Of a stretch of DNA of 64,000 bases, positions 11,586-26,586 are shown one piece after another; the stretch's first letter is position 1; the number at the start of each line of letters is the position of its first letter. The notes beneath the pieces are model-generated. The model saw nothing but the letters and a program-made list of their open reading frames with translations. It ran no database searches and was not told the DNA's origin. The stretch covers positions 117,676,001 through 117,740,000 of the forward strand of contig NC_043000.1 of the NCBI RefSeq assembly GCF_006345805.1, given 5' to 3'. Source of the stretch: Octopus sinensis. Taxonomy: Eukaryota. The translations under genes were made by a program, and so were the position numbers.

Positions 11586-11590
<5 letters not shown>
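11060..11590 (+). mobile_element. Three diverged SINE family A variants in tandem
   Basis: Repeated GGCGG..AGCTGGCAGAATCGTTAGC...TTCAAAT..G.C.AGGTCG heads at ~11061, 11265 and 11490. Confidence 0.65.
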
Positions 11591-11630
<40 letters not shown>

Positions 11631-11664
11631 TGTGTGTGTGTGTGTGTGCGCGTGTGTGTGTGTC

Positions 11665-11870
11665 GCCATGATAGATCGTTAGCTCCTACACGCATTTTTT
11701 CTCTCCTTGTTTTCTTTTCTGTGTATCTTTCTGTCGAAGAGCGTAGGCTCGAAACGTAAAAGACTTGTTCTATTTCTATTCCTGAGCGCCATACTAATAC
11801 ATTTGTTTGTTTGTACTCCACCTGCCTTCGTCTTTTGTTTATTTTCGTAAACCTTCCCGTTATATATATA
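11665..11870 (+). mobile_element. PLE-derived short element with degenerate minimal hammerhead (11726-11762)
   Basis: TCTTT-CTGTCGA-A-GAGC-GTAG-GCTC-GAAA-CG-T-A-AAAGA; the core has T instead of A at position 4; homologous to 58765-58945. Confidence 0.55.
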
Positions 11871-12607
11871 TACATACATACGACGTGCTTCTTTCAGTTT
11901 CCGTCTACCAAATTCACTCAGTAGGTTTTGGTCTGCCCGTGGCTATAGTAGAAGACACTTGCCAAAGGTGCCACGAAGTGGGATTGAACCCGGAAATATG
12001 TGGTTGGTAAGCAAGCTACTTACCACACAACCACATGAATGTATATATGCATACATATGTACAGTGTACGCATCACCATATTCATATATACATGTGTGAG
12101 TCGCACGCGTGTGCGTCTGTGTATGTGTGTGAGTGTGTGTGAGTATGTGTGTGCGTGTGTGCGTGTGTGTATGTGTGTGTCTTCTGTAAATCTGTGTGAT
12201 GGTGGACTGTTACCGTGAATTTAATTACTGCTTTAATCTGTTAGGTTGCCCTGAGGTGAGTTCTAACCTTAAATGAATTACTTTTGTAAAGACCTTCCCA
12301 ATTATATCCAGCATCGCTAGTGGTTCCTTATAAGATCGCTGCCTTGTTGACCACCAACTTACAGCCTTACAAAGACACTCATACTATACAAATAGAAAGC
12401 TGTGTATCTACACGCAGAGGTAGACACGCATTCGTGTATTGTCTCTGTGCTCATGCGTGTGAGTGCGTGTTCGTCAGTATATTTGTATATGTATGTATGT
12501 ACGTACGTATGTATGCATGCATGCATGTAAGGTATGTACATACATACACGCATATACATACATACATATATACATACATACATATATAAATACATATATA
12601 TATGTGT

Positions 12608-12646
<39 letters not shown>

Positions 12647-12815
12647 TTCGTGTGAATGTACGCATGTATTTATAATATATATTCTATCTCTCTCAAGGTA
12701 TACGTATGTTTGTGTGAATGTGGGTATACATAAATACATACATACGCACACACATATTTATACACACACACACACATATATATATAAACAAATAAGTATA
12801 CATATATGTATACAG

Positions 12816-12875
<60 letters not shown>

Positions 12876-13206
12876 ACACATATACACATGTACGCATATA
12901 TGTTTGCATGTGTACAAATATATATGTATGTATGTTTCTACTGGTAATATATATTGTACGTTTGTATGCGTGTGTATGTTCATATATATAAAGATACCTG
13001 CCTAACCTATCTACTTACATACTTACATATACACATACACACACACAAACCTACGCATTCATACGTACTTACATTCATATTTATGAATACATAATGGGAA
13101 AAAAAGAACAAAAAAAGAAAAGAATACTACGTGTAGCACACATATAATTGGATTAATCAGATTTCATTTTCTTAGTGATAAATGATAAATACGGGGATCA
13201 AAGTTA

Positions 13207-13306
13207 NNNNNNNNNNNNNNNNNNNNNNNNNNNNNNNNNNNNNNNNNNNNNNNNNNNNNNNNNNNNNNNNNNNNNNNNNNNNNNNNNNNNNNNNNNNNNN
13301 NNNNNN
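13207..13306. other. Assembly gap (100 N)
   Basis: Run of exactly 100 N. Confidence 1.
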
Positions 13307-13496
13307 TAAATTAAGTAGCAGTTGCGTACTGGGGTCGATCTCATCGACTGGCTACCTCCCCACAAAATTTCGGGCCTTGTGCCTTGAGTAGAAAAGATTA
13401 TATGTGTGAAGGAAACAGAGAGAGAGGTAGATAGGTAGAGAGAGTGTGTGTGTGTGTGTGTGTTAGATATTTGCGTGTGTTAGATATAGCCCCCAC

Positions 13497-14225
13497 CCCG
13501 CCCAGATCATCACAGACCCTCTTCCATGTTTAACAGTTGGAAGAAGGCAGTCTGGATCAAATGCTTCTTTTGACTGTCTCCACACGTATACTCGGCTGGT
13601 GGTTGGAAATGAGGAACCAATTCTGTAGGTTTTTACTCCACTCTAAATGCTTTGCAACGTTTGTTTTTGAAATTTAGCGGTTTTCTGATTGCAGCCCTCC
13701 CGTGAAATCCGGCTTTGTGTAGCTCATGGCGATTTGTTTTTGTGGAAACTGTCTTCTCGAGGTAGTCATTAAGATCTGCAGTAATTTTGGGAGCTGTAAT
13801 TTTGTGATCCTTTCTAACAATTCACGTAAGCGTCCGACGGTCCGTATCTGAAAGTTTTGGTTTTCTTCCGAAGTTTTGTTTCGACTAGGTTTTTTCCCTC
13901 TTTTTCAAAGGCTATCATTACTTTCGAGGCAGTACTTTTTGTTACGCCAAACATTTCGGCTGTTTTCGTTACGCTAGCGCCTGCCATACGAGCACCGACA
14001 ATTCGACCTCTTTGAAAGTCCGTTAGATCTGTCATTTTAATGAATTTTAATTACTTTTTTTCTCATGATATCTGAAAAGAAACAGCAATTTTAGCAAAGC
14101 ATATTAAGTAACACTAATATTAAATCAAAAAACCTAAAAATAAACAAGCTTTTGACGGTTTTATAAATATTTCAAAATTATGATGCTATGGTGCTAGGTG
14201 TTTCCATTATTTTGTCCAACCTCTG
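13497..14225 (-). mobile_element. Tc1-like transposon, 5' part with TIR, internally deleted
   Basis: TA-CAGAGGTTGGACAAAATAATGGAAACAC terminus at 14227-14197; MTDLTDFQRGRIVGARMAGASVTKTAEMFGV (ATG 14035); downstream frame RVYVWRQSKEAFDPDCLLPTVKHGRGSVMIW. Confidence 0.85.
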
Positions 14226-14395
14226 TATGTATGTATGTATGTATGTATGTATGTATGTATGTATGTAGTATGTATGTGTGTGTGTATGTATGTATGTATG
14301 TATGTATGTGTGTGTATGTATGTATGTATGTATGTATGTATGTATGTATGTATGTATGTATGTATGTATGTATGTGTGTGTGTGGTGTGTATGTA

Positions 14396-14426
<31 letters not shown>

Positions 14427-14764
14427 TTAAAGCATAACATAACAATCATATTTGTGATAGTTGAAATTAATTATTCATTATCAAACAGAAATAGGTACTT
14501 AAAGTAGACTTGAAAGCTTTTAGAATTGTCCCGTACGAAGTTCACCGGGTAATGGTGTGATAGCTACATCATTGAGGTGCCTCGTTCAAAGGACAAATTT
14601 ACGGACATTTTCGATAACCGCTGTCACATATCCGGGAAGAAATTCCATCGTAAATTACCGAGTGTTTATTTTTAAATATACACTTTTCTGCTTTGACAGT
14701 TAAATATTGCTTGTTTGTTTGTTTGTTTGTTTATTTCTTTCTTACTTTCTTTATTCCTTCCTTC

Positions 14765-14798
<34 letters not shown>

Positions 14799-15164
14799 CT
14801 CTTTCTCTGAATGTGCACTATGTATGTATGTATGTATGTATGTATGTATGTATGTATGTATGTATGTATGCATGTATATATGTATGTATTTATGTATGTA
14901 TGTATGTATGTCATTATTCAGTTTATTTCAAGAGTTCTTGCGAACAGAGAAAGAACCGGTTTCTAACCTCGATCCAAGGCTCCTTTATTGGAACTTCAAC
15001 GTCAAGAGGGTATTTTCAGATTTTAATATGCTAGACCACTGGTTTTAAATTGATGTTAATCAGATTAATATTCAATTTTTCACCCTTATTATTTTAAATT
15101 TAAATTTATATATGTATATATATATATATACATATATATATGCATGTATGTGTATATATATATA

Positions 15165-15220
<56 letters not shown>

Positions 15221-15380
15221 ATACATACATATATATATATATGTATATATGTATATATATATATGTATATATATATATGTATGTGTTTCTTTATTACCCA
15301 CAAGGGGCTAAACATAGAGGGGACAAACAAGGACAGATAACGGATTAAGACGATTACATCGACCCCAGTGCTTACTGGTA

Positions 15381-15416
<36 letters not shown>

Positions 15417-17848
15417 TTGTCTAACTACCTGTAGTTTTCTTAGCATCTTCTCTTAGTCTTTGGTTTGAGTACAGACAGAAATATTAAATTAACACGCCTT
15501 TACATGCCCCCCACCACCATCACATAATATTAGAGGGATGGGCAGAAAGTAACAGTGAAAAAAAAAGAAACAAAACTGAATATATTATAGTTCAGTCAAT
15601 TTATAACGCAAACTTGTACAGTATAAAACGTAGCGTCTTATCATCCTTTGTTACTCGGCTGACCTTATTTCCCAGGAAAGTTAGATTTAATTGTTTCAAG
15701 TTTGTTGATTGGTGGGCAAATCCATCGGGTCGAGTAAAGACGAAGTCCTCGGGTCCCAATATTGAGTGAGCCCTAGTTACGGTTTATTCGGTCAACGAAG
15801 GGGTCATTAAATATAATTACAGACAATCTCAAAATAATAATAATAATGATGATAATACTACTACTACTAATAATAATGAAATGTTGATCGGTGCAGGTTT
15901 TTTGTCGATGTCATTAGTTGGATGACGGAAAATATTTTAAAAAACCGCAAACCGCCCTAGAAAGCAGAACCCGCCATAAATACACAAAACAATGGCGCTA
16001 CAACTACTACTGCTGCTGATAATGATGATGATGATGATGATGATGATTTTGACGACGATAGTGGTAGCGGTGGTACTGATGATATAGTTATGAAGGGCAT
16101 GGTGATATAATAACATAGTAGACGACTCAATTATGGCCTTCCCCACCCAAGACTTAGAGTACCATTATGTTTACAAGCGCTTTTTATTTTTTAGTGTCCT
16201 CCTCCCCCTCCTCATCCGCCTCCTTTTTTGACGTAGGAAACTTTCTTCACATGCAATAAATTCCTTGATTATGTTTCGCTTTATAGTTACACCAACATAT
16301 TTGCCTCTACACAAACATTTCAAAACCTGAAAATCGAGAGAGAAGGGGTCAGTCAATTAAATGAACCCCAGTACTTGACTAGTGCTCAATAACGTAGTTA
16401 GAGGTGGGAGACGAAGGAGGGCGGTGTGTCCCAGGTGACGCATTTATAGAAGTATTACTTTTGGGCCAGCTATATAAAATTGTATAGGTTTAGGGACACG
16501 GTGAACGGTGAGGAGGGCGGACTCAAGGGTTACCTCGGTTGGCAGACACTTTAGCTTCAACGCTGTTGTATGTTTCTTCATTTTATCGACTTCGGTGGGA
16601 CAAACGAAAAGTTGACCTTGTCAGGATTTGAACTCATAATAACGTAAGAGCCAGAACAAATACCACAAGGCATTTTCCCGACGCTCTACTGATTCTATCA
16701 AATTAAAACCACCCGCCTTGTAATTTCTGATTTAAGCATGAAGCAAGCAATTTGATGGAAATATCGGTCCATTAAACCAACTGCAGTATTTAACTCGTAC
16801 TTTGTTTTATCGATCCAAGAAGACAGCAATCCGACTGAGTCAACCCCAGTTCATGACTGGTGTTTTATCAAGACAGGAAGTATTTAAATTCTATTATATA
16901 AAAATAGTTAACACGAGTGTCTAACTAGAAACAATGAAGTTCCAAAAGCGGTACAACATCGATTTTCCGGAGCCTTTAGTTTCAAAACCATCCATCATTT
17001 TTCGATATTTGCTCAGGTCGTTTCGAGCAACCCTCCAAGCAGTGTATCGATCGCAGAACTGATTTTGAAGTTTGGTACGTATTCTATCGAATTCTTTTGC
17101 CAAATCGGTAATTACGGTGCGTAAACAAACCAACACAGTATGACTTGAACCCGAAATCACGTAGGCGCAAACCGAGCTTCTTCACGACTCGGCCACTCGA
17201 AACATATTCAGAAATAAATAAATAACAAAACCCAATCCATCCAGACATGGTGACTGATTTGGAGCAGCGAGGGTGCTTCGTTAATGAGGTCACGGATGGT
17301 GACGTAAGGACACTAACAGCGTAACTGATTGATTGATTGATTGATTAAACGATTAATCAAGCAATTGATCATTTATTGATTAATTAGTTAACTAGTTGAC
17401 TCATAATAATAAACAAGTGTAAGAGAACCACTGTGTTTTTATAGACAAGGCACCGCACCCAAGACACAACGTCTGTTGCGACACACGGTTTCACATCTGT
17501 ATGTATGTATGTATGTATGTATGTATGTATGTATGTATGTATGTATGTTTGTATGTATGTATGCATGCATGTATGTTTGTATGTAGTGCATATGTGTCTG
17601 TGTAGGTATGTATATGTATATATATACTGGGTAAATGAACTCAGGAAAGTCAATGACCCTCCGGTTATAAAGGCATGACTGAGTGAGTGCTGCAAGTTTG
17701 CTTCCCATCCCCATGGTTCTGAGTTCAGCCCTATTGCGTGACACCGAGGATAAATGTCTTCTAGAAACTGCAGTGGCTAAAACTCTAAGCTGTTCCAAAA
17801 GCTTTTTCGAGGAAAAAGTTGAAAGGAAGAAATATGTACTTATATATA

Positions 17849-18075
17849 TCTATATATATATATAAAGCTGAAGTTGTCTGTGTGTGTGTGTATGTGTGTG
17901 TGTGGGGGGGTGGGGTGGCAGGTTTGGTAGCCTTCAACTAACACTATCTCCTCCGAGACCCTGCGGCGCAAGTTGACCAAAATTGAGAGTATGATAGAAG
18001 AAGGCTTGTTCTTCATTCCGTAGAAGAAAAAATTCGAATAGGACCATGTTAAGACCAAAAATTATTTACATCAAA
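17849..18075 (+). mobile_element. Probable non-autonomous Helitron 5' portion
   Basis: A|TCTATATATATATAAAGCTGAAGTTGTCTGTG start resembles the Helitron at 22938; no CTAG end seen. Confidence 0.4.
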
Positions 18076-18104
18076 CAGGTGTTTTTTTGACTGCTGTGTC
18101 GTCA

Positions 18105-18480
18105 TTTTTCGGTGTTCTTGTTTGTCCCCTCCGTGTTTAGGCCCTTGTGGGTAGTAAAGAAATAGGTATTTCGTCTGCTGCTACGTTCTGAGTTCAAATT
18201 CCGCCGAGGTCGACTTTGCCTTTCATCCTTTCGGGGTCGATTAAATAAGTACCAGTTACGCAATGGGGTCGATGTAATCGACTTAATCCCTTTGTCTGTC
18301 CTTGTTTGTCCCCTCTATGTTTAATCCCTTGTGGGCAATAAAGAAATAAGAACCATTAGCCAGTCTAGCAAAATGTCGAGGAGAATTTTGCCCGTTTTTT
18401 TTACATTCTGAGCTCAAATCCCACTGAGATCAACTTTAACTGTCATCATTTCGCGAGTCGATAAAAAAAGTACCATACAA
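18105..18480 (+). mobile_element. SINE family A tandem units
   Basis: Tail-GTATTTCGTCTG-unit arrangement. Confidence 0.75.
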
Positions 18481-18539
18481 AGTACTCAACATCGTCACCA
18501 GTCCTTAACCATTACTGTCTCAAGTTCTAGGATTCTTAG

Positions 18540-18722
18540 GTCTGGTTACCCGGTTTCCATGGCGTACAAGCGACCCGAGATCCGAACATTCCCCCACTGA
18601 ACAGGACGCTAGTCTGTTGCAGGGTTACACATTTGCGGCTGAGTGGATGGGAGTAATGTAAAGTGAAATATTTTGCTCAAGAACACAACGCACAGCCCGG
18701 TCCGAGAATCGAAACTACGACC
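18540..18722 (-). mobile_element. V-SINE-like fragment (family C)
   Basis: Minus strand CCCTGCAACAGACTAGCGTCCTGTTCAG...TACGCCATGGAAACCGGG, same tail as 23653-23977. Confidence 0.55.
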
Positions 18723-19294
18723 TTAAGGTTGGTGGCTGTGTGCCAAAATTTTAAAATGATTTTAAGCTTATTTAACTTTGCAGTGACAGACGCATATGCT
18801 TAGTTTTTTTCTTTTTAAGTCCAAAAAATTCGCTTAATACCTCCAAGCTGGATATCTTTCCTTTTGACAAAATAGCTAGATATCAACTAGTCAAAAAACT
18901 GTACGAGGGGCAAAACCTTTTGATCGTACTTTTCGAAGGCCATTTCTTTGCTTGTTTAACCTTGCAGTGACACACGCATATGCGTTTGAAAATCAAAAGC
19001 TGGTATATCTCATCCTGGACACAAGCATTAGGTCCTTGAATTACTGGTGGGACCTTTGTACAGCTACAATATTTGAAGTAAGATTTTCTTAGAAATTATT
19101 AATTATGCATAAAATTCGCTTGAAACCTTCCAGTCGGATATCTTTCCTTTTGCTTGACATCAACCAATCAAAACAATGTACGAGAAGCAAAACTTGTTAA
19201 TCCCACTTTTCAAAGGCCGTTTCTCTGCTAGTATCGTTAGACAACTGATCCTGTTGCACTGTTTTCTTGTGGTTATTTTGATATTATCATTATT

Positions 19295-19750
19295 GAGTGA
19301 AAGAGCAGTGCATGCAATCAAATTGACACTAGGGTAAAATATACGAAGTCCAGTATACCCATCATGACTACCCGTCTGATAAGGGTACACCAGGCACGTG
19401 CATCACAACCATATTTGCGCGACATGGTGATCTCATATCAAGAACAGCACATGACCTTGCAGGTGGGGCCCAGTTAGAATTTCCTTCAGGTCGAGTAGCC
19501 CATCCCGCTCAAAAGGTCCCTGAATAAGAGTTGTTTAAGGATGTTGAAAGAAACACCCATGTTTCCAGAGGTGAATTATCGAAACTCCAAAGAACCCCTC
19601 TCAACACATGGCTATGATGCTCCCCCACTATTTCTGCTTGTGATCAGAAATGTACAAATCGTCAGCCACTAAGGGACATACTCAACTGGTTAAGGTCAAA
19701 CAACTAACAAGCAAATCTGTGGTATTGAGCAGAATATTTGCTATAGCCCA
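19295..19750 (-). mobile_element. 3' UTR fragment of the R4/Dong-like LINE family
   Basis: Near-identical to 32315-32760, which is contiguous with an RLE-type ORF end. Confidence 0.75.
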
Positions 19751-19769
19751 TATTGTTGTTGTTGTTGTT

Positions 19770-20195
19770 AAGGCGGCGAGATGGGCGAAATGCTTAGCGG
19801 TATTTCGTTTGTCATCACGTTCTGAGTTCAAATTCCACCGAGGTCGACTTTGCTTTTCATCCTTTCGGGGTCGATAAATTAAGTACCTGTTGCGTACTGG
19901 AGTCCATCTAATCGACTGCCCGCCCCCCTTCCCCTCAACAAAAATATGTGCCTAGTGTAGGGAAGATTATTCTCTTTCAAAAGCGGCGAGCTGGCAGAAT
20001 CGTGAGCCGGAATGCTTAGCGGTATTTCGCCCGCCGCTACGTTCTGAGTTCAAATTCCGCCGAGGTCGACTTTGCATTTCATCCTTTCGGGGGTGGGGTC
20101 GATAAATTAAGTACCTGTTGCATACTGGGGTCCATCTAATCGACTGGCCCCCTCCCCCACCAAAAATTCAGGACTTGTGCCCATAATAGAAAGGA
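19770..20195 (+). mobile_element. Two SINE family A variants
   Basis: Heads at ~19771 and ~19983 with core CATCCTTTCGGGG. Confidence 0.7.
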
Positions 20196-20669
20196 TTATA
20201 TTACTATTTCTATTGCTGTTGTCTATTTTTTTCTTTATAACGTGCCAAACTTCCAAAATACGCACCACCTGGGTGTCGATATAGATTTGGCTAATTATAA
20301 TATTATATATTATTTATATTTTTTTCCTGTAAATCTTCGCCCCAACCCAACTTGTTTCTTTTTCTTGTTCAAACCTCTCCTTGCTCTTTTCCTCTTGCCG
20401 ACGCCACTTTTCATTAACGCGACTTAACTATATTTCTTTCACATTTTAATATTATTGTTATTGTTGTTGTTGCTGTTATTGTTTGTCTTCACATTTTACT
20501 TTCTTTCTTTTCTATATTTTCACCCTTAAGTAATTGTTCTCTATTTTAGTTGGGGGCTTTGTTTCTGGCTCCTTTCAAACCTCCTTCCAATTTGAAAGCA
20601 ATGAAGTAGGAACCGTAGTAGTGGTGGTGGTGTTAGACATGGTGATGATGATGGCGGCGGCGGCGGTGA

Positions 20670-20711
<42 letters not shown>

Positions 20712-20849
20712 CAGGAGCAGCACCAGCAGCAGCAGCAGTAGTAGTGGTAGTAGTAGTAGTAGTAGTAGTAGTAGGAGGAGGAGGAGGAGGAGGAGGAGGA
20801 GAAGAAGAAGAAGAAACAGAACGATAGGAAGGAAGACAACAATATATAT

Positions 20850-20898
<49 letters not shown>

Positions 20899-20963
20899 GC
20901 AATTTAGACTTGCTATAAGTTGTGTCATCTTCGGCTTTATATATATATGTATATATGTATATA

Positions 20964-21025
<62 letters not shown>

Positions 21026-21049
21026 ATGTATATGTATGTATGTATATAT

Positions 21050-21119
<70 letters not shown>

Positions 21120-21764
21120 ATATATATTTATATGAACGTTTGTGCATGTGTGTTTATGTGTGTACATACATACATAGATACAAACATATACACGCACTAT
21201 TCACCAGTGTTGCCAACACCCAAGGCCGTAATTCCATCAGAAGTAATTATCAGATTTGTTTTTTTCTATAACAATAATCAGAGTATTGTCTGCAAGGCAA
21301 CTGGGTTTAGGCCGATTTCCAGGTGAAACGGACAAACAGCAGAGTTAGAAGGGATTAAAACTGGGTGAATAACGTTGAATCGTGCTAAAAGGACGCCTGC
21401 GCCACCTAAGTTGTCTAAGTCATTCGGTACAGAAGAAGAGTTTTTGTTTTTTTCTTCGACACCAGATTTTGTCTAATTCTATATTCACTTTCGTTCTACA
21501 TTTTTTCATTATTATTCTTTTGTCACTATCATCTGTAATGCTTGCTCTTTTATTAATGTCTCTCACTAACTTATACTAGTTCGTCTATTTTATTCTTTTT
21601 TTTTTTTTACCCGTCACATTGAAGAGAGAAAAAAACAAAATGCTAAATGAAGGGCTTTCGCGAATACATTCTTACTCTTCCCGATCATTCATTATTTCAT
21701 TTCGCCTTCGTTCATCTATCTTTTTCTACACAATTAACACGAAATTTACCTATTTCTTTACTAC

Positions 21765-22140
21765 CCACAAGGGGCTAAACACGATTAAGTCGATTATATC
21801 GACCCCAGTGCGTAATTGGTACTTAATTTATCGACACCGAAAGGATGAAAGGCAAGGTCGACCTCGGCGGAATTTGAACTAAGAACGTAAAGACAGACGA
21901 AATAACTATTTCTTTACTACCCACAAGGGGCTAAACACAGAAGGGACAGACAAGGACAGACACTCGGATTTAGTCGATTGCATCGACCCCAGTGCGTAAC
22001 TGGTACTTATTTAATCGACCCCGAAAGGATGAAAGGCAAAGTCGACCTCGGCGGAATTTAAACTCAGAATGTAACGGCAGACGAAATACCGCTAAATATT
22101 TCGCCCGGTGTGCTAACGTTTCTGCCAGCTCATCGGCTTC
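21765..22140 (-). mobile_element. SINE family A tandem units
   Basis: Reverse-complement units, CpGs intact. Confidence 0.8.
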
Positions 22141-22284
22141 ACCATCGTAAAAATGCGGAAGTCTATTGTCCTAAGGAAACGAAAGCAATTTGCGATAGAA
22201 CCCGGAAGTGACGACACAGGCTTAATTCATGCACAGAACGTACTTATACAGTACCGTGCTAAAGTTTTTGGTCACTTTAAACTC

Positions 22285-22730
22285 TCTCTTTACTTGTTTC
22301 AGTCATTTGACTGTGGCCAGGCTGGAGCACCGCATTTAGTCGAGCAAATCGACCCCATGACTTATTCTTTGGAAGCCTAGTACTTATTCTATCGGTTTCT
22401 CTTGCCGAGCCGCTAAGTTACGGAGATGTAAATACACCAGCATCGGTTGTCAAGTGATGTTGGGGGGGGGGACAAACACAGAAGCACAAACATACACACA
22501 CACACACATGCACACACGCACACATACACACACATACACACACATATATATATATATACATATATACGACGGGCTTCTTTCAGTTTCCGTCTACCAGATC
22601 CACTCACAAGGCTTTGGTCGGCCCGAGGCTATAGAAGAAGACACTTGCCCAAGGTACCAGCAGTGGGACTGAACCCAGAACCATGTGCTTGGTAAGCAAG
22701 CTACTTACCATACAGCCATTCCTACGCCTA
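22285..22730 (-). mobile_element. SINE family B copy
   Basis: Both halves with a central (CA)/(TA) tract. Confidence 0.8.
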
Positions 22731-22937
22731 CTATTGTAAATTTCTATTAATTACCAACTTATAAGGAATGTTTCGCATTGCGTTTTTTACATATGAAACA
22801 TTGGCCCTGCTGGAGTCATTTTTATACCTAATCATTATATTTTGTAGTAGGGGTTCTGAATGAGAGAAGATGCGAGACGACCACTAAAATTGACCGTGCT
22901 AAAGTTTTCGGCCACCTCACATCAACCAATCAGGATA

Positions 22938-23454
22938 TCTATATATATAAAACTGTAGTTGTGTGAGTGTCTGTCTCCTACGATTTAGATTCCTAACTCC
23001 TCCCACATTTTGCGGTGCAGTTTAACCAAATTCGGGTATCTTATAGTCATGATTAATATCGAGCCCGTCTGGCTATTAGCGCGCGTCTACGATGAGTCTA
23101 CGATTTTAAAAATAATTTAACATCATTTTTTATTCCATTTTAATGCATAATTTTTCGTGTGTCGATGGCGGCGGAGTTGGCGTCCACGCTCAAACACCTG
23201 CACCTGTGTTTGCTTCTCCCCCTTCTTCCCTCCCTCGTGAAGCTGTAGGAAAGGGAGTTTAAGGAAATCAACGTCGTAATGCGTTGTCAAGGAGACCAGC
23301 GTTCTTTTAGAACAACGACTTCATGGCTTGAAGACACCAAAACAGAAATGGCTAAGAAAGCCCGAATTGGCATCTATAAAGGAAGTAACTCTCTAAAAAT
23401 GCTTATATAGTTATTTCCCTTACAAACCCAAGCAACGCCGGGCGATACTGCTAG
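22938..23454 (+). mobile_element. Non-autonomous Helitron, both ends intact (517 bp)
   Basis: A|TCTATATATATAAAAC 5' end; 3' GC-rich hairpin CCCAAGCAACGCCGGG followed by CTAG|T. Confidence 0.8.
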
Positions 23455-23529
23455 TAGTATTTTAAAACAGAAAAATGTCGATAAAGAAAATTTATTACAA
23501 TGTTCATTTCAAGAAGTTATTGTATATTG

Positions 23530-24350
23530 TTAATATTTCGTGTGGCTTCCCTTAGCTTGAATAATTGCTTCAATGCGCCTGGGAAGAGATGCGTACAATT
23601 CCTTCAACATTTTCACAAGTATGAGATGCCATTCTCTGTTGCTAAGATTGGTGGAGGCGCATGACCTAGTGGTTAGAGCAGCGGACTTGCGGTCGAGGGA
23701 TCGCGGGTTCGAATCTCAGACCGGGTGCTGTGTGTGTTTATGAGCGAAACACCTAAGCTCCATGCGGTTCCGGCAGAAGGTAATGGTGAACTTCTGCTGA
23801 TTTTTTCGCCACAACTTTCTCTCACTCTTTCCTCCTGCATCTTGCAGCACACCTGCGACGGACCGGCGTCCCGTCCAGGTGGGGAACCTATACGCCAAGG
23901 AAACCAGGAAACCGGGAAACCGGGAAACCGGCCCTAATGAGCCAGGTATGGCTTGAGAAGGAACAAACAACAACAACAGCTCTTCAAGATTGCGTGGATT
24001 CTTCTGACGAACTCTTCTCTTTAGTTCTGTCCATATTTCCTCGATGATATTTAAGAGATGGTTCTGAGCTGACCAGTCTTTCAATACGGTAACACCTTCA
24101 TCAGCCAGACTCTGTTGTGCTGCATACGTTCTGTGGCATGAAACTCCGTTATGCTGAAAAATCTCACCTTCGTCTAAGTCTCGTATCAAATTGTCCTTCA
24201 GCATGTATTTGGATGTATTTGGCACTATTCAAGTTACCGTCAATTTTCACCAACTTTCTAGAACCATCATTTTTTATGTGTCCCCATAAAAACCAGACTC
24301 TTATCCCCAAACTTCACTATTTTCGTGTAACGTGGGTCATTTCGCTTTCT
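23530..24350 (-). mobile_element. Tc1-like transposase C-terminal fragment interrupted by a SINE
   Basis: YTKIVKFGDKS..WG..., EIFQHNGVSCH...WSAQNHLLNIIEEIWTELKRRV; after the SINE, YASLPRRIEAIIQAKGSHTKY* (stop 23530-23532). Confidence 0.85.
23653..23977 (+). mobile_element. tRNA-derived V-SINE-like element (family C)
   Basis: A box TGACCTAGTGG, B box GGGTTCGAATC, V-domain-like CCTGCGACGGACCGGCGTCCCGTCCAGG, (CAA)n tail. Confidence 0.75.
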
Positions 24351-24484
24351 TGGAGGCCTTCTGAATATTCTCGCTTATTAGACAAGCAAATCTGTGGTAT
24401 TGAGCAGAATATTTGCTGTAGCCCATCTTTTATACCAAGACAAAACAATGTACATGATAACACATCCAATCAGTTAATTTTGGT

Positions 24485-25170
<686 letters not shown>

Positions 25171-25507
25171 ACTTAGGTGTTAGTGGAACTCCTGGAGTCT
25201 TGCGTGTGTAGCGGGCTTGCTGCCTGTTTCCCAGCTATATGGTTCCTGGTCAGTCCCACTGCGTGGCACTTTGGGCAAGTATCTTCTACTATTGCCTGGG
25301 GCCAACCAAAGCCTTGTGAGTGGATTTGAAAATCCTCATATATATCTAAATATATGTGTGTGTGTGTGTGTGTGTGCCCCACCACCGCTTGACAACTGGT
25401 GTTGGTAAGTCTACGTGCCCGTAACTTAGCGGTTCGGCAAAAGAGACCGATAGAATAATTAACTAGCTTAACAAAAAATTAAGTACAAGGGTCGATTCAT
25501 TCGAGTA

Positions 25508-26027
25508 CCGTAAATTCTCGAGTATAGTCCGCCCCTGAGTATAATACGCAGGGGATTTTTAGAGAGCTGTACTTTGAAAAACCTAAACCTTGTGTATAAT
25601 ACGCACCACTTCTCTACTTGAGTCGTGCGTAATTAAGCCAGCAGCACCTAGTCGAATAAACACTTCCGCGCATGCGTAATACAATAATAGTGATGTTCTT
25701 AACTGTTATATGGGAATGTAAATATGTTTGCAAATTGTTTTTGTTACATGTTATTCTGTGTTCTGAATGCTTTTATTTTAATAAATGCTGCTTACTGCAA
25801 TTTATGGATGATTCTCTTATGACTTTATTGCTTTCAGGCTTAGCTTAAGGTATTTTCGCGCCTGACATCACAAAATGCGTCTGAATAAACATTGCCAGAC
25901 AGCAAATAGAGACTCGGACATTGCTTAGAAAATACTTTTCATTTTTAACCTCGTATATAGTACGCACTAGGGATTTTGACCTTTAAATTTTTGGGGGAAA
26001 ATGCAGATTATACTCGAGGATTTACGG
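25508..26027. mobile_element. pogo/Tc1-type MITE (520 bp) nested in a SINE family B copy
   Basis: TA-CCGTAAATTCTCGAGTATA ... TATACTCGAGGATTTACGG-TA; SINE B sequence continues on both sides (25210-25505, 26030-26090). Confidence 0.85.
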
Positions 26028-26404
26028 TAAAACAAATTCTTCAAGGCGGTGCCCCTGCACGGCCGCAGTCTAATGACTGAAACAAGTAAATGTTATAGGA
26101 TAAAAGATACGTATATATATATACGATGGATTTCCACAGGGTTTCCGTGAACCAAGATCACTCGCAAAGCTTTGGTCAGTGCAGGGATATAGTGGAAGAC
26201 ACTTGCCCGAGGTGCTACGCTGTAGGATTGAACCCGCAACCGTATTGTTACTGCAAATTGAATTTTTAAATCACATAGCCATGCTCGTTCATATTTTGGG
26301 GTTTTTATTTTTTTATTGCACAACATGTTTACAAAGACGAACCATATTTCTTGGCGGCGAAGATGCTGTGATCTCGAAGACGCACCCTAAAATTTTGAAA
26401 GAAG

Positions 26405-26461
<57 letters not shown>

Positions 26462-26530
26462 TTATATGTATATATACATATGTGTATAAGTATATATATA
26501 CATATAAGTATATGGATATATATATGTATG

Positions 26531-26586
<56 letters not shown>

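Noticed and set aside
16921-17160. 79-aa ORF MISGSSHTVLV...
   Set aside because: No recognisable motif or splice context; length is compatible with chance.
23653-23730. tRNA gene (also 49520-49591)
   Set aside because: A and B boxes are present, but the acceptor stem does not close and the sequence continues into a SINE body.
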